Positions 55,403 through 64,000 of a stretch of DNA of 64,000 bases are shown here, in pieces; the stretch's first letter is position 1, and each line of letters starts with the position of its first letter. This DNA comes from Octopus vulgaris (taxonomy: Eukaryota), in assembly GCA_951406725.2 (NCBI GenBank), contig OX597830.1, positions 58,156,001 through 58,220,000 of the forward strand. Reading direction: 5' to 3'. The translations under genes and the position numbers were made by a program. The notes beneath the pieces were generated by a model. The model saw nothing but the letters and a program-made list of their open reading frames with translations, was not told the origin of the DNA and did not search any database.

Positions 55403-56282
55403 AAGTCACTACGTTTAATTTTTTACAAAATTACCTCCAACCACGTACAGCATGAAACCGTGCTGTAAAGCTAAGGTCGTGGATATTTTCTTGATTAAAT
55501 ATACTCGCGATAATAAAGCCATTACAGTTGGTTTTTTGAAAAAAATCCACTCCAATTCCATTCAATATAAAATAAGATATCAAATAGAAAGAATCGGCGA
55601 TATAGAGATGTGTGTGTGTAAATTAAATCCAAACCTATCTTTTATCTCTGAGCTGTTTCAATTCTTAGACTGTAGCCATGCCCCAGTATGGCTACAGTCT
55701 ACTACTACCCTAGCATGGCTTCGATCCAGCGACTGAAGAGTCTTTACTCGAATGAATCGACCATAGTACTTAAAAGAGACTTAAGGCTATAGTAGAAGAC
55801 ACTTGCCCAAGGTACCACACAGTGGGACTGAACACGGAACCATGTGGTTGGGAAGCAAGCTTCTTACCACACAGCTACGCATGCGCCTATTCAGAGACCA
55901 AAACTGAACAAAATCATTTGCAATTATTTATCATTTGATATTTTATCTTTAATCTTCCTTTAGTTGTTTCAGTCATTGGACTGTGGCCATGCTGGGGCAC
56001 CGCCTTGGAAGGGTTTGGTCGAACAAATCGACCGTAGGACTTCTGTAAAAGGCTGCTTCGTATTCTCTCTGTCTCTTTTGCCGAACTGTTGAGTCACAGG
56101 GATATAAACAAACCAACACTGGTTGTGAAGCAGTGAAGGGGACAAACACAAACACAAAAATACACGCACATACATACATACATAATTACATGCACGTATA
56201 CGTACGCGTTGTCTTTGGATTTCAACAGATTTCTGTAATTTGGTTTTTTAAAAAATGCAAAAATGATTGGGGTGGGTGGGAA

Positions 56283-56455
56283 TAGTAGCGTAGCTCAGGT
56301 GTGTGCCGCCCGAAACAACTCTTGAACTCCCCGATCCACCCCCACCTTCCTGGCAATACAGTTCATACAAATTTTTACAACAGAATCAAAAGTTCGGTTC
56401 CCATAAAAGCATCGCCCGGAAGTAGACCATCACCCCAACTCCAGATACGCTACTG
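56283..56455. mobile_element. Small MITE remnant
   Basis: Short TIRs agtagcgta / tacgctact. Confidence 0.4.
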
Positions 56456-57284
56456 AGGGCAAAATTTGTATCAGATTTCAAGTTTCCGTGATGTGTTTCC
56501 AGAAGCTTTTGGGATGCTTCCACCAGAGATGCCTTTGTTCCGTCATGGACATTTCATGGGAGGAACTTTGCCACAAAATAACCAGCGAACACCTGTGTGA
56601 AACAGATTGTTGTTGTTGTTGTTGGTGGTGGTGGGATTTTGTGTTGACTTCTGTTTTGATCAGAAAGTAATTTAAAGAATTTATTGTACGAGAATGTTTA
56701 TGTGAAACTAAATGTTGGAACGGACATTGTCATAATTCGAAAGAGTCAAACTGTCAATAAAACGGTAAACAAACCCACTGATGACTGTTTGACACTCGCT
56801 CCAAAGTATACAATATATCAAAGAATATCTTATTTAAAACTAGCTGAATTACCCGGTAATACCCGGGAAAGCAGGGGTTATTTCCAGTTCCCGTTCCCAT
56901 TATTTTGTTTCATGTCCTATCCCGTTCCCTGTTCAGTTCCCGACGACGACGACAGTAATAATAATCCTTTCTACTAAAGGCACAAGGCCCGAAATTTTAT
57001 GAGAGAGGAGTAGCCGATTACATCAACCCCAGTTTTTCCCTGGTACTTAATTTATCGACTCTGAAAGGATGAAAGGCAAAGTCTACCTCGGCGGAATTTG
57101 AATTCAGCCCGTTGCGACGGGAGAAATATCGCTAAGCATTTCGTCCAGTGCGCTAATGTGGGGGTAGGGGCGGTCCGCCCCGTGCGGCACTTTTAAAGGG
57201 GCCCCACTTTTGGGTCTGCTGTCGGCATTATGTGCTTTTTGTGGGGTCCAGGGGCGGCAAGCGGAAGGGCCATCCAGGGCGGCA

Positions 57285-57943
57285 CGCGAAATTTTTTCCC
57301 CACAGTGTTCCAGACCCCAGTAATGAACTCTTTTGCATACAGCCAATCAGAACAGAGCCACCTTTAACCTTGTTATGTCTCCGGTAATTTTCTTTCACGA
57401 AAATAAATGTTTACGTTGATTTAAAAGAGAAACATGAATGTGTCTGTGGCTTATGATTGACTAAAATTGCCAAGATTTTCAAACTTTAATTACTAATAAC
57501 TAATTGCCAAGATTTTCAAACTTTAATTACTAATAACTCTTTATTTATTGATATATAGCGAAAATTACTTTCACTTCATTAATTTGCCTGTAAAAGTGTA
57601 TCGTTACACCGAATATGAAATCATTTCGAACAGAAAATTGACTCAGGCATTCAAACAGAAAAGATCAAAAAAACAAAAGCCACGAAAATGTATGAGAACT
57701 AAAAAATTTCGCTGAGTACTATTATATTATTAGTAGTAAATTATAGATTATTATAACTCGCTGGGTCCGTGAAAAATTCACTGAAAATATAAAAATGTAA
57801 GCATCTGTAGATTGTGTGGCGGTAATCGGAGGTCGCCATTTTGAATGCCAACATTTGACAAGGTGAAGGTGAGCTCTGATTGGCTGTATGCAAATGAGTA
57901 TTTTACTGGGGTCCGGAACTCTTGAGGGGGAAAAATTTTCGCG
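57285..57943. mobile_element. TIR element (~660 bp) inserted in a GC-rich MITE
   Basis: Imperfect ~90-bp TIRs cgcgaaattttttcccc...gcatacagccaatcaga; 7-8-bp TSD (g)ggcggca; internal ~37-bp tandem duplication at 57466-57539. Confidence 0.7.
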
Positions 57944-59046
57944 GGCGGCATACACTCAAGCTACGCCAGTGGTCCATTCCTCAGTGATTTCTTGCCATCT
58001 GGTCAACAAGTTGCCTTAACAATCTTTGGTGTTTCCTTTCTACGTATAACAGTCTCCACTCTCCGGAACTTGTAAATTGCACAGCTTGGACGAGTCAATG
58101 AGAGAGAGATCGTTTATGTAATCTATGAATCTGCTGAAAGTAACAGCTAAATCACCCTCAAACAACACTGTTCGTTACCTTAAAAGAAAAAAGAAAACGA
58201 CGCGCTGGAAGGTGCAGTCCAGAATATCTTTAAAAACAAGATGGGATCGTTAGCGGTTCGACAGAATAAGTTCACACTTAAAAAAATAATTACAGGGGTC
58301 GATTTGTTCGACTAAATCTTTCAAGGTGGTGCCCCAGCATGGTCGCAATCTAATGCCTGAAATAAGTGAAAAAGATAGAGAAACCTCATGGATCCGGGTT
58401 CGGTCCCAGTGCGTGGAATCTGGGGCAAGTGTCTTCTACTATAACTGCGGGCCGACCAAGGCCTCGTGAGTGGATTTGGTAGATGGAAACTGAAAGAAGC
58501 CTGTACCGACGATAAATGTTTGTGTGTGTGTGTGTGTTTAAGCTTGACAATCGGTGTTGGTTAGTTCATGCCCCCGTAACTTAGCGGTTCGGCAAAAGAA
58601 ACCGATATAATAAGTACTAGCCTTAAAAGAAAAAAAAAATCCGTTCTGGTGTCTTTTCATCCGACTGTAAAGTCCCCAAGGCGGTACCCCAGCATGGCCG
58701 CAGTCTAATGACTGAAGCAAAAAAAAAAAAAAAAACGATGAAGATACCATTGTAATTCAGGAAGGTTCTAGATTGAAAATGCTGAACAAATAATCGGTCT
58801 GTTTAGTCTTTGATAGGCAAAGACTTTAAAAGAGATTTAATGAGAGTTACCGAGTGTAATGTGGCTGCTGAATACACGTGACATCCTTTAAATGTCATTA
58901 AACCCGATCACAATGGCGCTTTCAGTGCATCACTTTAAGATCTTCGCTGTGAAGTTGTTGGTGTTGTTGTTGTTGCTGTTTTGTCAGTTTGATAAATAAA
59001 TTGTTAGGAATGTCAGTGTAGAGGATGAGTTGTTGCTGAAGGGCAA

Positions 59047-60128
<1,082 letters not shown>

Positions 60129-60315
60129 TGGGTGATTTGGCAGCGAAGGAAGAGAGCTGTGGGTGTGGAGGTATATCTGTAAGAGTTAAAAACAATAGAG
60201 CGAGTTTTATAGACACAACTCGCCTCACCACTTTCTAAACGGATTCTACTGGAGAGGAAGAAGAAGGAGAATTCACTCCTGCTTTCCGGACAGCATCCGA
60301 AAAAACAAGCCCAAG

Positions 60316-62136
60316 ATGTTTGTTTGTTGGAAAAGCATCTTCTTTTTATTTCTCTGTCTAAAATATTTGTTAGCAGAAACTTCCGAATTGATTTTCGAAG
60401 CCGAGAAACAGCCTGGAAATCTGAAAGTCCACAGTCGATCAAATGCTTCTAATAAGAAAGTTGTTTATTTATTACCAGGGAAAACTCTTCGTTTGGATTT
60501 ATGTATAGCAAACAATTCCTCACTTCGGATGATGGGATTTCGATATTCAATCGACGGCAAAGCAACTGTTGTTCTTGTTAACATTGATAACCAAAAACTG
60601 CAGTCGTTCTCAATATCAGGCCATTCCAAAGGTGGCGAGCTATGGAATGTATTTCGGGACTCAGGACCTGCCAGAAAACCTTTATTTTTATCAGAAGGAA
60701 TTCATTTTTTGGATATTCATATAAATTCGAACGAGACTCAAGGAATTGAAATCGATCATTTGACCATCATGACGGACAATCCTTACATTTCTGAAGACTT
60801 GATGTCATGCAGATTAAGCTGTTTTCATGAACTGGATAAAGCAGAACCCGTGAAGAAAGATCATACTCGTAGGTCTGATCTGGTAACGTTAATCCAGCGA
60901 AGTTTCCCCACCAAATGTGCTGAACAGGACAACATTGATATTGCTTTCATTCATGCATCGGTAAAGAAATATCGCGTCACTCCGTCCTACCCTCGATTCG
61001 ACAGCATGCTCAACAATCGCGGGGCAATGTTCAAGGATTGTTTCAGTATCTCTCAGTCACAGCTTTGGCTGTTAAAAGGTAAACCACTCGATCCCGAACA
61101 TAACGTTGTGATGAACATCAACTCATTTGTGTTAAAACTAACAAAATCAAGGCTCTACAAATTTATAATATTCTTCCCGTTGAAAGGTAAGATGAGTGGC
61201 GTGATCGATGCTGATATCGGATCGAATTTTACTGTAAAACTAAAGAAAATTTCTCGACCACTTTATATAAATATGACTTATAATGGTAGAAATAGCAAAC
61301 TTTCGGAATTACAACACAGGAAATTTTCTCCACGAACACTGAAAGGAGTTTGGTCTATTCCAGATTTCACATGGTCCGAAAGTAATATAAATGCCATATT
61401 TCTGATCTTGGTTTCGGATGAAGACCAACTTGTTATTATTGACGAAATTAGTTTAGTTAGGCGACCAGAACGAGGAGAGACGGTGAAGCCGTTGTATCAA
61501 AGTCTCAACACAATATTAGAGGGCGTCAATGTCGATTTTTGGTGGCGGCGACCGAAAACTATGAGTGTCATTCTGGAAGGCACTAAATTCGATAATATCG
61601 ATTTCATTCGATTGAGCAAACGTGTCCTGGGATCAAGTGACACATCGCAAGTGTTTGTCCTTTATCAAGATGGCAATGCACGGACTCTTCCACCGTTACT
61701 TCATGGTGTTGACTGGTTACCTTTCGGTTCATCTGTAATTCTTGGGCCAACAAATTTGTCTAGTTTTCGACCATTCGCAGACATTGAAGTTTTCAAGATT
61801 GTCCGAGTTGAACCAACTTTAATCGCAGTCATTCAATATTATGATAATTCATCAGCTAATATTGAAGTTATCAGCAATCGAACACAAACTCAGATATTAG
61901 TCTATAATATATCCATGGCCAGCGTTTCGACATTTTTACCATTTATTAGGTTTCGTTCCATGTGGATCAAAGACGGTCTTTCTGACGTTGACCATATCAA
62001 GATTGACGGAGATAAGGGTTTACACATTTTGTCAACGTGGAGAATTCTTCGCGCTAGAAATGTACGCTTTTATCGTTCTTGTGAGTCGAAACATTTGTCT
62101 ATGTCCCCTAACATAAAAATCGAAATACTGAAATAA
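60316..62136 (+). CDS. Uncharacterised predicted secreted protein with N-terminal CBM6/35-like domain (paralog B, 606 aa, single coding exon)
   Basis: Uninterrupted ATG-TAA ORF. Signal peptide MFVCWKSIFFLFLCLKYLLA, then FEAE...ASN...RYS.DG...W..F...L.EG.H.L...IEIDHL pattern typical of CBM6/35 jelly-rolls. Shares many motifs with paralog A. Confidence 0.92.
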   Translation: MFVCWKSIFFLFLCLKYLLAETSELIFEAEKQPGNLKVHSRSNASNKKVVYLLPGKTLRLDLCIANNSSLRMMGFRYSIDGKATVVLVNIDNQKLQSFSISGHSKGGELWNVFRDSGPARKPLFLSEGIHFLDIHINSNETQGIEIDHLTIMTDNPYISEDLMSCRLSCFHELDKAEPVKKDHTRRSDLVTLIQRSFPTKCAEQDNIDIAFIHASVKKYRVTPSYPRFDSMLNNRGAMFKDCFSISQSQLWLLKGKPLDPEHNVVMNINSFVLKLTKSRLYKFIIFFPLKGKMSGVIDADIGSNFTVKLKKISRPLYINMTYNGRNSKLSELQHRKFSPRTLKGVWSIPDFTWSESNINAIFLILVSDEDQLVIIDEISLVRRPERGETVKPLYQSLNTILEGVNVDFWWRRPKTMSVILEGTKFDNIDFIRLSKRVLGSSDTSQVFVLYQDGNARTLPPLLHGVDWLPFGSSVILGPTNLSSFRPFADIEVFKIVRVEPTLIAVIQYYDNSSANIEVISNRTQTQILVYNISMASVSTFLPFIRFRSMWIKDGLSDVDHIKIDGDKGLHILSTWRILRARNVRFYRSCESKHLSMSPNIKIEILK

Positions 62137-62673
62137 CATACTGCTTCTTTATAACAAAGGAATATATATATATATATATATAATAAGTAAAAAAACTAAA
62201 GACAAAAAAGGAATGTGATAAAGTTTTGACCCAAAGTTTGGATATTTAGGGAAACTCACCGCTACACAGGGAAGACAAACCTTTAAAAATCATATTTATA
62301 CGCATGCAACAGACACATATACACAAACATGTTCACCTTTATATACACACAACATCTCTCCTAAACACACACGCATGCACACGCGAACACAGAAACCTAT
62401 TTAGTCAGGAAAAACATTAAATAACTCACCATAAAATGTAATTATTTGTTATCAGAAGTTAAACGAGGATTAAAAAGAAAAAATATTGGAAAAACACGAA
62501 TTATTCTTCTATTTGGCGTTTATGAAAGATTCTCATTTTAGAATCATGTTGTTATATCCACCACGTTATAATATTCTACCCCACTCGACATGAATGTGTC
62601 GAGCATACTTTGTCTTGCTGTTGCATCTTCACACACAAAATGTTCCCAAACTTATCACTAAATTTGTTTGGTT

Positions 62674-62972
<299 letters not shown>

Positions 62973-63387
62973 TCTCTTCTCTTTCCCTCACTAACTTAAA
63001 GAACTCACCATCACTGTCTTCATATATGTGCATCGATCGGTGCAGTGTTTGTATCTGCTGTAGAGCCAATCAAATTTTCGAATTTGGTACATAAAAAGTT
63101 GCAAACAAACACACAAAACAATCTGCGCCGATTAAAAGCGAAACGTCCTCAAACGTTCGATGATGTTCGGCACAATTCGGCACAATTCGGCACAGTTCGG
63201 CAATACCCGATAATAAAGAGATTAATCGTAAAATGTCACGGATTTATTTGGGGTTCACTCTTCTCTTTTCAAATTATACATACGTGCGTTAAAATATAAC
63301 TATACAGGCTACTAATGTGTTATACATTCGTTTCGAAATACATACACATCTATATGTACGTGCTTATCTGCATATATGCATAGCCTT

Positions 63388-63482
63388 GTATATGTATGTA
63401 TGTATGTGTGTGTATGTATATATGTGTGTGTGTATGTATGTATGTATGTATGTATCTATGTATGTATGTATGTATGTATGTA

Positions 63483-63513
<31 letters not shown>

Positions 63514-63814
63514 ATGGATGGATGTATGTATGTATGTATGTGTATGTATGTGTGTGTGTATGTAAGTGTGTATGTATGTGTGTGTATGTATGTATGTATG
63601 TATGTGTGTGTGTATGTATGTGTGTGTGTATGTATGTATGTGTGTGTATGTATGTATGTATGTGTGTGTGTGTATGTATGTATGTGTGAGTGTGTATGTA
63701 TGTATGTATGTATGTTTGTATATATGTATGTATGTGTGAATGTATGTGTGTATGTATGTATGCATGTATGTATGTATGTATGTATGTATGTATGTATGTA
63801 TGTATGTATGTATG

Positions 63815-63843
<29 letters not shown>
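63388..63843. repeat. (TATG/TG)n microsatellite
   Basis: Direct reading. Confidence 0.95.
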
Positions 63844-63845
<2 letters not shown>

Positions 63846-64000
63846 GCACATACACACACAGATAATGAAAATAAAGTAACCATGGCCTTACAGTATACAG
63901 TGCTCAGGTGAGCTGCAGCTCATCAGAAAAATACCTGAATGTATTCTATTTCCCGAGTCATTTCTATTATTATTGTTCACACTGTTGTCATTAAATTGCA

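Noticed and set aside
56838-56870. Helitron/Helentron terminus (actagctg..acccggtaatacccggg)
   Set aside because: Too short and no matching other end found

Overview
Eukaryotic, AT-rich, microsatellite-dense DNA. The SINE/LINE repertoire suggests a coleoid cephalopod, most likely Octopus (inference). 1-31.3 kb: the 3' half of an extended synaptotagmin gene (ESYT2/3-type, + strand), with 11 coding exons that splice in phase into 450 aa (end of C2A, C2B, linker, C2C, stop at 31272). A probable long 3' UTR follows. 42.9-62.1 kb: two divergently oriented paralogous genes with uninterrupted ORFs, each encoding a ~605-aa predicted secreted protein (signal peptide, CBM6/35-like beta-sandwich, conserved uncharacterised core). 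These look bacterial in style and are the best candidate for an undescribed system. The non-coding DNA contains several fold-back elements carrying hammerhead-ribozyme (HHR) motifs of the Penelope type. One is a structurally complete sense-strand HHR in an ESYT intron, and one family has a tRNA-like head. Also present: a near-complete mariner nested in a hAT-like element, a solo LTR, piggyBac-, Ginger- and Helentron-like MITEs, RTE and CR1 LINE fragments, a 65-bp minisatellite, and a CpG-poor to CpG-rich transition near 39 kb. Most ORF-track entries are microsatellite artefacts. All family assignments are by eye and recall; no searches were run.
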